A DNA stretch of 64,000 bases from an uncultured Gammaproteobacteria bacterium (GTDB taxonomy: Bacteria > Patescibacteriota > Microgenomatia > Levybacterales > GWA1-39-11), in contig CAZVGS010000002.1 in assembly GCA_964627245.1 (NCBI GenBank), positions 90,923 to 154,922 of the forward strand, given 5' to 3'. Below are positions 53,825 to 63,982 of this stretch, piece after piece. Position numbers and translations under genes: made by a program. The notes beneath the pieces were generated by a model. The model made no database searches, was not told the DNA's origin, and saw only the letters and a program-made list of their open reading frames with translations. Each line of letters opens with the position of its first letter. Position 1 is the first letter of the stretch.

Positions 53825-54307
53825 TTGACGTGTTTCAAAAAGCTTTGGTATAGTTGTTATATGCGATTTCTCAAAATAATTTTTGGCATTCTTCCTATAC
53901 GCTACGCTAGTGCGCACTGTGATGTTCCTTGCGGGATTTATGACCCTAAAGCTATGCAGATTGCTGCTGCAACTGTTCTTGTAATGGTTCAAAAGATTAA
54001 CTCTTTAGAAAAACCTGAAAAAGAAGATAAAAAAGAATGGCTAAATTATAAAAATGGTCTTACTCGAATGATTTGGACAAAAGAGGAGCATGCGAGGAAA
54101 TGCAAGGAAGAACTTTTAATACTTTGGACCGATTATTTTAAGCCTGAACATTTGGAAAAATTCCCTGATTTACACAATACTTTTTGGAGAGCAGCCAAGC
54201 TTTGCTCACAAAATAAGCAAGAAATTTCCGAAGATACTGCTCAAGCTTTAGTTGATGCCACTTCCAGCATTGCTGATATCTTCCAAAAAACAAAAGCTAA
54301 TCCGTGA
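53825..54307 (+). CDS. sodN: nickel-containing superoxide dismutase precursor (SodN)
   Basis: mature N-terminus HCDVPCGIYDP matches the Ni-hook motif HCDLPCGVYDP; leader ...ILPIRYASA precedes it (probable start Met 53861); helical 4-helix-bundle-sized remainder. Confidence 0.8.
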   Translation: MTCFKKLWYSCYMRFLKIIFGILPIRYASAHCDVPCGIYDPKAMQIAAATVLVMVQKINSLEKPEKEDKKEWLNYKNGLTRMIWTKEEHARKCKEELLILWTDYFKPEHLEKFPDLHNTFWRAAKLCSQNKQEISEDTAQALVDATSSIADIFQKTKANP

Positions 54308-54606
54308 ACCTCCTCCGCAATTTTCCAGTAAAAAGATTCCGTATAAAAAATAAAAGCATGAGTCCAGTTCTTAAAGAAAAATCTGAGGTTATTACTTTCC
54401 CATATTTATTCTTCCAGCCAAAAATAGGAGATATTATTGTTTTTAACAATATTGTTCCGCCATTTATTTTCTGTAAAAAGATTACTAAAATTATTGGGGA
54501 TAGGATATGGGTTGAAGGAGTCAATAGAAAAGTAAGTATTGATAGTAGAAATTTTGGGTTTATCGATAAAAAAAATATTATTGGAAAAGTAATAATTAAA
54601 TTCTAA
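54304..54606 (+). CDS. sodX: signal-peptidase-I-like NiSOD maturation protease (SodX)
   Basis: 100 aa S24/S26-like fold (...IGDIIVFN...GDRIWVEGVNRKVSIDSRNFGFIDKKNIIGKVI) immediately downstream of sodN. Confidence 0.6.
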   Translation: MNLLRNFPVKRFRIKNKSMSPVLKEKSEVITFPYLFFQPKIGDIIVFNNIVPPFIFCKKITKIIGDRIWVEGVNRKVSIDSRNFGFIDKKNIIGKVIIKF

Positions 54607-55106
54607 TGCTCATTTCTCTAGTTATAATAATCTTATTGCTGGTAATCCTTTCTTTTGTTTGGCCTCCTGACAGTCCGTGGAGTCCATGGTGGAGAACATC
54701 CAGAAAGACGGCAAGGATAGCTTGTAAATTAGCAAAAATTTCAAGTAAAGACGTTGTATATGAGTTGGGAAGCGGAGACGGCGAATTCATTCTTACTGCT
54801 GTTTCGGAGTTTGGTGCAAAGAAAGCAGTAGGGATAGAAATTGATCACACGAGATATTTAATAGCTTCCTTAAAAAAGAAGAAGGCAAAAATAAAAAATG
54901 TTAAGTTTATCCGCTCTGATTTCAAAAAAGTAAATCTAAGTAGTGCAAATATTGTATATTTCTATCTGGTGCCGGCAGTAATAAAAAGAATATTGCCGAA
55001 GCTTAAAAAAGAACTAAAGCCCGGAACAAGAATTATCAGTTATAAATACAAATTGCCCGTTAAAGAATTAAAAAGAAAAGGGGAACTCTATCTTTATCAA
55101 ATTTGA
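54606..55106 (+). CDS. class I SAM-dependent methyltransferase (small)
   Basis: 166 aa; motif I VYELGSGDGEF. Confidence 0.55.
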   Translation: MLISLVIIILLLVILSFVWPPDSPWSPWWRTSRKTARIACKLAKISSKDVVYELGSGDGEFILTAVSEFGAKKAVGIEIDHTRYLIASLKKKKAKIKNVKFIRSDFKKVNLSSANIVYFYLVPAVIKRILPKLKKELKPGTRIISYKYKLPVKELKRKGELYLYQI

Positions 55107-56119
55107 ATTTTTTTTCTGAGTTTTAGATATAACCATCTAGCTTTGTCCGCAATTTTATAAATTTGATACATATTTTTACTTATAATCAAATCATAGCTTC
55201 CTGCAAATTCGGTTAATGTTGCGCCATAGCCTTCTTTGAATTTGTGAAATCCAAACCATGGATCTTTAGGGTCAGGATTATTTCCAAGGGCTCCCCACAT
55301 ATCAAAGTATTTCAAACCGAGGCTTTTCCCGAATTTAATAGACTCCCACATAATAAGATTTGATGCCATTACTTTTCTATTCTCGGAAGATGATGCGCCG
55401 TAGGGATAGTAAAGATAATCATGGAATACAAAAAGAACCCAGGAGGTCAGAGTTTTTTTGTTATATTTAGCATTTATCAAGTGAGCGCTGAGTCCTTTAT
55501 TCTTAATATTTAAGTTGCCTAATGTCTCCCACATTTTTTTGTGATAATCAGGAGTATGTGCAAAGAACTTCTGTCTGTTTGTTGTTTCCTCTGTAAGCCT
55601 TAAATACTCTTCAAATGCCTTTTGCGAGTTCTCAATTTCTATTTTAACTCCATGTTTTTGAGCCACTTTAATATTGTATCTGGTTTTTGAGTGAAAGCTT
55701 TTCATAAGCTCTTCTTCATTTTTTGTTAAGTCTAAAATGAACGTAAATTTGGTAAAAAGAGGATGGAAAGAAGGCCGAAGAGCACTGTTGTTGATTAACG
55801 ATTTACGATTTATGACATTTGGTTCGAGTTGGATAAAAATGCAATTATTGTCTGTTCCAATTTTTTTTAATTCGTCAAGAATTTCTTTTGTTGGATTATT
55901 ACCCTTTGGCAAATATCCTATCGTGAGTTTGGTCCTTGGTATTTTGTGAATTGTTAATGTAAATCCGTCAACTAACTTTCCATTTTTTATCAAACCTCTT
56001 CTAACAACCTTAACTCCTGTTTTTTTTCTGAATTCACCCCATTCATAGCTTTGGAGAGGATGAGAAACAACTAAATTGAAATTATTTTTATTTGACTCGT
56101 TGATATCAGTAAATTCCAT
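55097..56119 (-). CDS. FemAB-family aminoacyl-transferase (peptidoglycan interpeptide bridge formation)
   Basis: 340 aa; overall FemABX-like pattern (…YEWGEFRKKTG…, paired GNAT-like halves). Confidence 0.5.
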   Translation of the reverse strand: MEFTDINESNKNNFNLVVSHPLQSYEWGEFRKKTGVKVVRRGLIKNGKLVDGFTLTIHKIPRTKLTIGYLPKGNNPTKEILDELKKIGTDNNCIFIQLEPNVINRKSLINNSALRPSFHPLFTKFTFILDLTKNEEELMKSFHSKTRYNIKVAQKHGVKIEIENSQKAFEEYLRLTEETTNRQKFFAHTPDYHKKMWETLGNLNIKNKGLSAHLINAKYNKKTLTSWVLFVFHDYLYYPYGASSSENRKVMASNLIMWESIKFGKSLGLKYFDMWGALGNNPDPKDPWFGFHKFKEGYGATLTEFAGSYDLIISKNMYQIYKIADKARWLYLKLRKKIQI

Positions 56120-56162
56120 ATTTCCCAGTATTAACTATCTACAGAATAACGGCAAGCTCTTT

Positions 56163-58019
56163 TCACCAGTACTCTTTATTTAGAATGGTAGTGTCAATGT
56201 TGTTATACGAAAGGACTTCTTCGGGAAGCTCATAAATAAATCTTGAAGGGGTGGCGGTATTTCTTTGACCGAAGATAATTCTCTGTCTTGCATAAGTCAA
56301 GTATAAGTTTTTTTTAGCTCGAGTTACGCCGACATAACAAAGCCGGCGTTCTTCTTCTATATCTGAATAGTCAAAGAGACTCTGAGCATGTGGAAAGACT
56401 CCTTCTTCAAGACCCACAATAAAAACCATACTAAACTCCAATCCTTTTGCAGCATGCATAGTCATTAGAGTTACCGCTTGTTCATTTTCCAAAGCTTTCT
56501 TTCCATTTGGCAAATAATCTTGCTCAACAAGCGCAACGTTTTCTAGAAAATCTATTAGATTTGGAAATTCAATAGCAACAGAACGCAACTCCTTAATATT
56601 TTCCAGCCGAGATCTGTCCTCAGCGTCTTCGGGGTCATACCTTTCTAAATACTTAGATTTTTTAAGTACTTCATCAATGATTTCAATTGTTTCTTTGCTG
56701 TCTATGTAGTTTGATTCATTAAACTCTCTTCTATAGAACTCAAATTCTTCAAACCTCCTTTTACCTAATTTTTGTATTCTTTTTAATGAAACTTCATCTT
56801 TTTGATTTGAAAGATATGAAATATAGGAAAGAACGTCTTTCACTTCTTTTCTATCATAAAATCTGACACCTCCTACAAGTTTGTATGGGATAGAGTGATG
56901 TAGAAAGACTTCCTCAAGTGTTCTTGATTGGGCATTCATCCGGTACAATATGGCAACATTATTCAAGTCAAAGTCAGGATCTGAAGATCTCTTCTCGGAT
57001 ATTTTTTTTACAATGTACTCCGCTTCTTTATGTTCATTATCTGCCTCAAAAATGTTTATTTCATCCCCTTCTTTATTATCGGTCCAAAGATTTAATACAG
57101 GATGAGAGGAATTATTGGAGATTATAGAATAGGCTGCGTCAAGAATTATTTGGGTTGATCTATAATTTTGTGATAGTTTGAAGATCTTTGATGTGGGATA
57201 ATCGTTCTTGAATTTCTCCAAATTCTTGTAGTCAGCTCCCCTAAATGAATAAATACTTTGAGAGAAATCTCCAACGATGCAAATGTTATTATTTTTTTCG
57301 GATAAGTATTTTGTGAGCTTATATTGACTCAGATTTGTGTCTTGATATTCATCAATTAGTATATATTGAAAAATATCTTGATAATAATTTAATGTTTTGG
57401 GTGAATCCTTGAAAAGCGTTAACGTTTTGTTCAACAGGTCGTCAAAGTCAAGTGCATTTCTTTCGAAAAGCAGCTGCTGATATAGGGGATAAATTTTTGC
57501 AACTCTTTCCTGAATGTATCCCCTTGCATATTTTTTGTATTGTTCTTCATCAATCATTTGATTTTTAGCAGAGGATATTGCCTCAAGTGCAGCGCGGGGC
57601 CTTACATCTTTGACTGAAAACTCCAGCTTCTCGAAGCAGTCTTTTATAGTATCGATCTGATCATTTGTGTCGTAGATCACGAAATTATGAGGTATTCCAA
57701 TGGCAACTCCGCTCTTTCTCAATATCCTTGCGCATAAGGAATGGAATGTTGACACTGTCGGTGTGTCACCCATACTTTCCATTGCCTGATTTTGAAGCAG
57801 CTTTATTCTATCCCTCATCTCCCCCGCCGCTTTATTCGAAAAGGTTACCATGAGGATGTTAGCTGGATTAACACCTTTTTCATTTATCAGATACAATACC
57901 TTATTAACCAATACTCTTGTTTTGCCGCTTCCAGCACCAGCAAGTATAATCGCAGGGCCGTTAACGTGCTTAACGGCTTCGAGTTGTTCTTTATTCAATT
58001 TGTTGAGCGGATCTATCAT
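56163..58019 (-). CDS. UvrD/PcrA-family ATP-dependent DNA helicase
   Basis: 618 aa; motif I AGAGSGKTRVL, motif II LIDEYQDTN, further SF1 helicase motifs. Confidence 0.8.
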   Translation of the reverse strand: MIDPLNKLNKEQLEAVKHVNGPAIILAGAGSGKTRVLVNKVLYLINEKGVNPANILMVTFSNKAAGEMRDRIKLLQNQAMESMGDTPTVSTFHSLCARILRKSGVAIGIPHNFVIYDTNDQIDTIKDCFEKLEFSVKDVRPRAALEAISSAKNQMIDEEQYKKYARGYIQERVAKIYPLYQQLLFERNALDFDDLLNKTLTLFKDSPKTLNYYQDIFQYILIDEYQDTNLSQYKLTKYLSEKNNNICIVGDFSQSIYSFRGADYKNLEKFKNDYPTSKIFKLSQNYRSTQIILDAAYSIISNNSSHPVLNLWTDNKEGDEINIFEADNEHKEAEYIVKKISEKRSSDPDFDLNNVAILYRMNAQSRTLEEVFLHHSIPYKLVGGVRFYDRKEVKDVLSYISYLSNQKDEVSLKRIQKLGKRRFEEFEFYRREFNESNYIDSKETIEIIDEVLKKSKYLERYDPEDAEDRSRLENIKELRSVAIEFPNLIDFLENVALVEQDYLPNGKKALENEQAVTLMTMHAAKGLEFSMVFIVGLEEGVFPHAQSLFDYSDIEEERRLCYVGVTRAKKNLYLTYARQRIIFGQRNTATPSRFIYELPEEVLSYNNIDTTILNKEYW

Positions 58020-58049
58020 TTGCTATAATTATACGATATTGCCCTTGTT

Positions 58050-58712
58050 ATGAATAAAAAACTATATATAGCAAATTGGAAATCACACAAAACAAAAGAG
58101 GAGGCAATAATTTTTTTCAACAGCCTAAAGACCGAAATAGATAAAGTAGATCTTTCAGATAAGGAAATAGTAATTGCCCCGCCTTTTACTCTTATTGCAG
58201 AATGCAGAGATCTAATTGAAAAACACAATCTTCCGGTAAAATTAGCTGCACAAAATGTTTCTCCATTTCCCCAGGGTGCCTATACCGGTGAGGTTAACGC
58301 CAGACAAGTAGCAGAGTTTGCGGAATATGTAATTATTGGTCATTCTGAGAGAAGAAAATATTTCCATGAGGCAGAGGCTGATTTGGAGAATAAAATTCGA
58401 GAGGCAAAAGAGGTAGGCCTTACAATTATTCAGTGTGTTCAAGATGAAAATGGGATAGTCCACAAAGGAGTAGGGATTGTTGCATACGAACCCCCTAGCG
58501 CGATAGGGTCAGGTGACCCAGACGACCCCGAGCATGTCGCATACGTTTTTAAGAATATAAGTGCAGACAATTCTGACGTTTCGGTCCTGTATGGGGGGAG
58601 TATAAACCCTGGAAATATAAAAAGTTATCTAGGTATTGAGAAATTGGCGGGATTTTTAATTGGCGGGGCAAGCCTGGAAGCTGATTCATTCATTTCACTT
58701 CTTAATGGTTAA
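58050..58712 (+). CDS. tpiA: triosephosphate isomerase
   Basis: 220 aa; ANWKSHKT and active-site IIGHSERR motifs. Confidence 0.8.
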   Translation: MNKKLYIANWKSHKTKEEAIIFFNSLKTEIDKVDLSDKEIVIAPPFTLIAECRDLIEKHNLPVKLAAQNVSPFPQGAYTGEVNARQVAEFAEYVIIGHSERRKYFHEAEADLENKIREAKEVGLTIIQCVQDENGIVHKGVGIVAYEPPSAIGSGDPDDPEHVAYVFKNISADNSDVSVLYGGSINPGNIKSYLGIEKLAGFLIGGASLEADSFISLLNG

Positions 58713-59856
58713 AGAAACAAAACTCCAGAAAAAAAATATACTGCTTCTTTGTGCAGTCGTAGCTTTTATACTGATCGGAATTTTCCACAAACAGCTTGGA
58801 TCGCTTCTCGGAATTTTTTATGGAGTAACTATTGATAAAGCGATCAACCTTACAGCGCGTGAAAAGGAGTCATTCAACATTGCACTTCTAGGTATTGGAG
58901 GCGCAGCCCACGACGGACCTGATCTTTCAGACACGATGATTGTTGCAAACGTTAATCTAAAACAGAATGAAGTTTTTATGTTTTCCATTCCCAGGGATTT
59001 GTGGATCGAGCGGAACAAAGACAAAATTAACGGCATTTATGCCAAAGAAAAAAATGATGGCAATGGGTTAGGAGGGGTTGCGGGAGTTTTGGAAATGATT
59101 ACCGGCCAAAAAATTGATTATGTATTTGTTCTTGATTTTGAAGGATTTACAAAACTCGTAGATCATCTTGGGGGTATAGATGTTAATGTTACTTCTACAT
59201 TAGACGATTATCATTATCCTATTGAGGGGCTCGAAAACGAAACATGCGGAAAGAGCGATGAGGAAATATCGGAGTTCTCAGCTACGGTTTCGGCGGAAAT
59301 GGATTTTTGGGACTACTTCCCTTGCAGGTACAAACACCTGCATGTTGATAAAGGAACAGTTCATATGGATGGCCAGCTTGCTTTGGAGTTTGTCAGATCC
59401 AGGCACGGAGTTGGTTCTGAGGGTAGTGATTTCGCAAGGTCTAAAAGACAACAGCAAGTGATTACGGCATTAAAGGATAAGGCTTTTTCACTTGGCGTGA
59501 TATTAAATCCTGTAAAACTGATTGGGGTATTTAATATTTTAAGGGAAAATATTGATACAAATATTGATATCGAGAAAGTAGATGATTTTATAAAGCTTGC
59601 AGATAAGTTGAAGGACGGAGAAATTAACAGTTACGTTTTTGATCAAGGAAATGGGTCTGATGAGTTTGGATTATTGCTAAATCCACCAATAACCGAAGAG
59701 TATAGATATAAATGGGTTCTTATTCCAAGGATTGGCAATGATGATTTTTCTGAGATTAAAGAGTATGTTAGTTGTGTTACAAAAGGTGATGATTGTAGGA
59801 TAGGAAAACAGGGCATCCTCACTCCATCACCAACTGCAGTTGATGATACCCGCTAG
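58705..59856 (+). CDS. LytR-CpsA-Psr (LCP) family cell-envelope phosphotransferase
   Basis: N-terminal TM then LCP core (NIALLGIGGAAHDGPDLSDTMIVANVN...FSIPRDL); the ORF extends from 58660, but MVKETK at 58705 overlaps tpiA by only 8 nt. Confidence 0.65.
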   Translation: MVKETKLQKKNILLLCAVVAFILIGIFHKQLGSLLGIFYGVTIDKAINLTAREKESFNIALLGIGGAAHDGPDLSDTMIVANVNLKQNEVFMFSIPRDLWIERNKDKINGIYAKEKNDGNGLGGVAGVLEMITGQKIDYVFVLDFEGFTKLVDHLGGIDVNVTSTLDDYHYPIEGLENETCGKSDEEISEFSATVSAEMDFWDYFPCRYKHLHVDKGTVHMDGQLALEFVRSRHGVGSEGSDFARSKRQQQVITALKDKAFSLGVILNPVKLIGVFNILRENIDTNIDIEKVDDFIKLADKLKDGEINSYVFDQGNGSDEFGLLLNPPITEEYRYKWVLIPRIGNDDFSEIKEYVSCVTKGDDCRIGKQGILTPSPTAVDDTR

Positions 59857-61994
59857 AGCTTGTATAGTTTTGAATTGTTAACCTTAAATACAACTTTTCC
59901 AAGTACGCCGAATTTCTCCTCATCAATGTTTTGGTACTTTTCCCTTTCAAGATTTCCGATATAAACATATTCTATATTATATTTCTCAATAAGCGGTATT
60001 GTTTGCGCAAACCCTGCCTCGTATAAATTTTTAATGTCATCAAGTCTTGATTGAGGAAAACTGTAGTCTCCCCGCCATAACCATTCATGGACAGTCCAGC
60101 CAAGCGGTGTGGGAAGTCCCGTGTTTGCAGAAATTCTGCCATAGTCGGTATAAGAGTCTCCCTGGGCTTCCAGAATAATCGGCTGGCCTTTTATATTTTT
60201 TTGTATCCAGAGGATTGCTAGATAGTCATCTCCCCGCGAAGATTTTAAGTAACTAATTCCATCTAGGCTTTTTTGGTTCTTAAGTTCACCAAAATACGAA
60301 TTAACCGCAAAGTACGGGTACATAAGAATTAATGCTAGAAAGAAGAATATGACTGGTATCCATCTAGCCCTTTTGCCGTTGTGAAGTATGTATGTTATAG
60401 AAAAACTTGTAACAAGCATAAGCATAATAAATGCCTGATATCCTAGCTTGAACATTGTGTTGGCCCGGTAATGTGCAGGATAGATATCTTTTGCGTATAT
60501 GAATTCCGGAGCGGCAATTAAGATTGTTGATAGGAGAGTTAAAAGTAAAAGATATATAAAAACAGCGGGCGTTTTTTTAAGTCTTAATATTTTGATAACA
60601 AAAACAGTCGTGAATAGATAGAAGAAACCATAAAGAATTGTAAGCATCCAAAATGGAGTCCTTTGACAATGATCTGCTTCAAATATGAATGGTCCTACTC
60701 TTCCTAAATTAATTAAGAAATCCGGTGCACATAAAATACCAATCCCGGATACGAAAGGTTTGAAATTAATGTTGAAAGGAAATGTAAAAATAAAATATCC
60801 AAATCCAGCAAATAAGATGATCTTAAGGCTCGCTAGTAAATAAGTTCTTTTATTTGTAATTCTATTAAAATAATATTTAAAATTAAACCAATGGATTTTA
60901 TTCTTTGTATCTTTAATCCCTAATAAATCGCTTCTCCAAATAAAAGCTGTCATTATCAGCAGGATAAAATAAATTATTCCATCCCATGCATTTGTCATAT
61001 ACATAACAGCGAGCATAAAGGAAATGAGAAGGGTAATTTTATAAGTAAGTTTTTTATCCAGAAAAACTTTTAGTATCAATGCAAGAGTCAGAAAGACAAA
61101 TGGTATGTCCAGGACATGTCCATGAAGATCTGAAACTACGAATGAGTAAGATGGAAATTCATGAATAGTGAAAGGTATGAATCTTGTAGCATTTGGATAC
61201 CAGTAACTATTCGGAAATGTCTGTGGTAGAAAGGGCAACTGCCAAAAAGGAACAGGATTTTCAGGAGGAGAGTATGGCTTAAAAAAGGTGTATACGGTAT
61301 GCAGATTTCCACCTAGGGACGTTATTATTCCTGCTAAAAAACCCGACAAGACACTTGTTTTATTGGACTTAAAAACAACAGAACTAACAGTCGAAACGAT
61401 AGAAAGAGAACACGTAACAGTGAAAGCAAAAATTGTTGAAAGCATAAGGTTGAAAGCAATAAAAGGCGGTATGTTTGAAAGTTTGATTAATACAGCTGTA
61501 GTTAAATGTCCAAAATAATAATAATTTATTGAAAAAGGAGGAAACCAGATGTCTGTCGGCGGAAAGTAAGTGCTTCTTAGTATAGAATTCATGAATCCGA
61601 AATCCATGAATTTCTCAAGACCATTTATGTCAGGTTGGAATGATTTTATATAACTCCAAAAAGAAAGAGCTAGCAGGAATATAGCTTCTTGAAAGAGAAT
61701 AACGGTGATATCTTTCTTTTGTAATTTAAGTTTGTGTTTGCGTAATAACCACAGGTTAAAAAGACCTGCAGCTGCAATAATTATAAATATTGAAAATCTA
61801 GTGAAAGGCAAAATATGCAGCACTCCGGCTATGAATATTGCATACGATAGAACTAAAATCCCAATTATCTTTGAGAAAATGTATCCTTTGTCAAAAAATT
61901 TTGGGAAAAGAGATTTGGTAACCGGCAAGAAAAGAAGTCCGATTCCCAGAAGGACAAACCACCATTTTAGAATAAAAACAAAGTCAGAATTCAT
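59853..61994 (-). CDS. large polytopic membrane protein (YYY/DUF2298-like, putative glycosyltransferase-like) with C-terminal extracytoplasmic domain
   Basis: 713 aa; at least 12 predicted TM helices, then a 150 aa soluble C-terminal domain; family inferred from topology only. Confidence 0.35.
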   Translation of the reverse strand: MNSDFVFILKWWFVLLGIGLLFLPVTKSLFPKFFDKGYIFSKIIGILVLSYAIFIAGVLHILPFTRFSIFIIIAAAGLFNLWLLRKHKLKLQKKDITVILFQEAIFLLALSFWSYIKSFQPDINGLEKFMDFGFMNSILRSTYFPPTDIWFPPFSINYYYFGHLTTAVLIKLSNIPPFIAFNLMLSTIFAFTVTCSLSIVSTVSSVVFKSNKTSVLSGFLAGIITSLGGNLHTVYTFFKPYSPPENPVPFWQLPFLPQTFPNSYWYPNATRFIPFTIHEFPSYSFVVSDLHGHVLDIPFVFLTLALILKVFLDKKLTYKITLLISFMLAVMYMTNAWDGIIYFILLIMTAFIWRSDLLGIKDTKNKIHWFNFKYYFNRITNKRTYLLASLKIILFAGFGYFIFTFPFNINFKPFVSGIGILCAPDFLINLGRVGPFIFEADHCQRTPFWMLTILYGFFYLFTTVFVIKILRLKKTPAVFIYLLLLTLLSTILIAAPEFIYAKDIYPAHYRANTMFKLGYQAFIMLMLVTSFSITYILHNGKRARWIPVIFFFLALILMYPYFAVNSYFGELKNQKSLDGISYLKSSRGDDYLAILWIQKNIKGQPIILEAQGDSYTDYGRISANTGLPTPLGWTVHEWLWRGDYSFPQSRLDDIKNLYEAGFAQTIPLIEKYNIEYVYIGNLEREKYQNIDEEKFGVLGKVVFKVNNSKLYKL

Positions 61995-62572
61995 TATGCC
62001 TTTATATATTTTAGAAGTTCTTCAAGATTTGTTATTGGAGTAACATTTTTTGGAAGCTCTGAAGGTATGGATTGATTATTCATTACCCAATAAATTTTTA
62101 GTTTTGGATTCTTTTTTGCTAAGTAGGTAGATAAATGTATATCATCGTCTATATATGTATCAATTTTTAATTTTTCTATAGTTTTGGACTTAAATAAATG
62201 AGGCTGTGAATTGTTGTAGTTGAAGTAAATTCCGTCAAAGTATTTAGCCAATCCATACTTATCCAATAATTTTTCAGTTCTATTTCTTAAAAAACCGAAC
62301 CTGCTTGAAACAAGATAGGTTTTATTATTTTTAATTGTATAAATTTTTTTTAAAGTATTAACATTCTCGTTAATTAGCGGTCTAAAGATGGGATAGTGTG
62401 TCAGTATTCTAATTTTTTGTTCAAATTTACCCGGGAATCTATAGTGCATCTTGCCGTTTTTTGTTGTGCTCTTAAAATAGGTAGAGCCTTTATATAAAAA
62501 ATCAATTAAAGAATACGGAACGTAGGGAGGGTAATCAATAAAAACTTTGTCAAAGTCAAACCCAATTACCAT
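61994..62572 (-). CDS. hypothetical HAD-like protein
   Basis: 192 aa; N-terminal GFDFDKVFID resembles HAD motif I. Confidence 0.3.
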   Translation of the reverse strand: MVIGFDFDKVFIDYPPYVPYSLIDFLYKGSTYFKSTTKNGKMHYRFPGKFEQKIRILTHYPIFRPLINENVNTLKKIYTIKNNKTYLVSSRFGFLRNRTEKLLDKYGLAKYFDGIYFNYNNSQPHLFKSKTIEKLKIDTYIDDDIHLSTYLAKKNPKLKIYWVMNNQSIPSELPKNVTPITNLEELLKYIKA

Positions 62573-62574
62573 AT

Positions 62575-63615
62575 TTATTTAAAAAACTTTTGTGCAAAAT
62601 CAACAAGCTTAAAATTCCAAACGGTTCTATGCGTTGTCCCTTCTCTTCCGATAAATTCTTTCCTATGTTTTCTATACCAATCATATGATTCATCTAAAAT
62701 ATCTTGATTGCTTTTCTTGGGTTTGAATTTTAGGATTTTTTTTGCCTTATCAATGCTTACGTAAGAATCGACAGGAAAAGTTTTATAGTGCCATGCAACT
62801 AATGGAGAAAGATTGAGAGCTTCTAATATCGAAAGTGCAATTTGTGTCGGCAGGACCGGAAGCGCTATTATTTTTGATTTCGATCCGGCAGATTTAATCA
62901 AGTTTGTTAAGTTTTCCCTCCACGTTCCGAATTTTTCAGACCCTATATTAACTATTTCACCGGATTTTTTTATAGTGAGCGCAGAATGAATAGCATCGCA
63001 TAAATCGCCAACTTCAAGAAGCTGATATAAATTATTCCCATTGCCTAATATAAAAACCGGCCTGTTATTGTAGATTGCTTCAAACCAAATGGTGAATACG
63101 CCGAGCCGCTCAGGTCCCAAAAAAGATTTTGGTCTTAAAATATTTACTTGCAGACCCTTTTTTTGATAGGACATGCATAGTTTTTCGGCTTCAGCCTTGG
63201 ACTCTCCGTAGTGCCCAATAGGATATATCTTGTCTGTTTCCTTTTCAGGTAAGGTTCTGGGAACCCCGTACATAGCAGTTGTTGAGATAAAAACAACTCT
63301 TTTAACTTTGTGATTTAATGCAGCTTTTAGGACATTTTTTGTGCCGTTAACATTCACGTCAAAAATATATTTTTTGTCATGATGGATCGGAAGCGCTGCT
63401 GCGGCGTGAACAACATAGTCAACTTTACTAAAATAATCCTCAATCCTGTTGAAGTTTCTGATGTCTTCATTAATAACTACAACTTTCCCTTCAAGGTCTT
63501 TAGCAGTTAAAGGAGCAGTATCCAGAAGGATAACGCGATACTTCTGTTTTAAAAAAAATCGTGACAAGTGTACTCCTAAAAATCCTGTTCCACCCGTAAT
63601 TAATATGCTTTTCAT
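62575..63615 (-). CDS. NAD-dependent epimerase/dehydratase (UDP-sugar epimerase-like)
   Basis: 346 aa; N-terminal ITGGTGFLG Rossmann motif, YxxxK catalytic motif (YGESKAEAEK). Confidence 0.7.
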   Translation of the reverse strand: MKSILITGGTGFLGVHLSRFFLKQKYRVILLDTAPLTAKDLEGKVVVINEDIRNFNRIEDYFSKVDYVVHAAAALPIHHDKKYIFDVNVNGTKNVLKAALNHKVKRVVFISTTAMYGVPRTLPEKETDKIYPIGHYGESKAEAEKLCMSYQKKGLQVNILRPKSFLGPERLGVFTIWFEAIYNNRPVFILGNGNNLYQLLEVGDLCDAIHSALTIKKSGEIVNIGSEKFGTWRENLTNLIKSAGSKSKIIALPVLPTQIALSILEALNLSPLVAWHYKTFPVDSYVSIDKAKKILKFKPKKSNQDILDESYDWYRKHRKEFIGREGTTHRTVWNFKLVDFAQKFFK

Positions 63616-63655
63616 AAAATCTAATTCTAGTCAATAAAAGAAATTAAATCAATGC

Positions 63656-63982
63656 TTATTGTTTTTTGAAAATCATAATTTTTGGATGATCATACACAGT
63701 GAATGATTCATCAGCAGTGCTGTCATTTAGAGTGATATTGAGAAAAGGTACGGTTGGATATTCTGAAAACTCAGCTACTTTGGTAAAGCCTAAGTTGCCT
63801 GAAAACAAATTATTGTAGTAATTTGCCGTCTGTGGGTAGCACTTCCCTGGCAGTAATTTATCACAGTCTGTCATTTTTTGCAGGGGTGTATATAGTCTAT
63901 TGGAAGCAATTATTATGTATTCTGCTCTTTGTAGCGAAGCATTGATACCCTGCCATTTAGATGGTGTATCTGGATTATACAA
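63656..63982 (-). CDS. hypothetical protein (may be the C-terminal part of a longer gene that starts beyond the window edge)
   Basis: 108 aa ORF; Met at 63982 lies only 18 nt from the window end, so the true start may lie outside. Confidence 0.25.
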   Translation of the reverse strand: MYNPDTPSKWQGINASLQRAEYIIIASNRLYTPLQKMTDCDKLLPGKCYPQTANYYNNLFSGNLGFTKVAEFSEYPTVPFLNITLNDSTADESFTVYDHPKIMIFKKQ

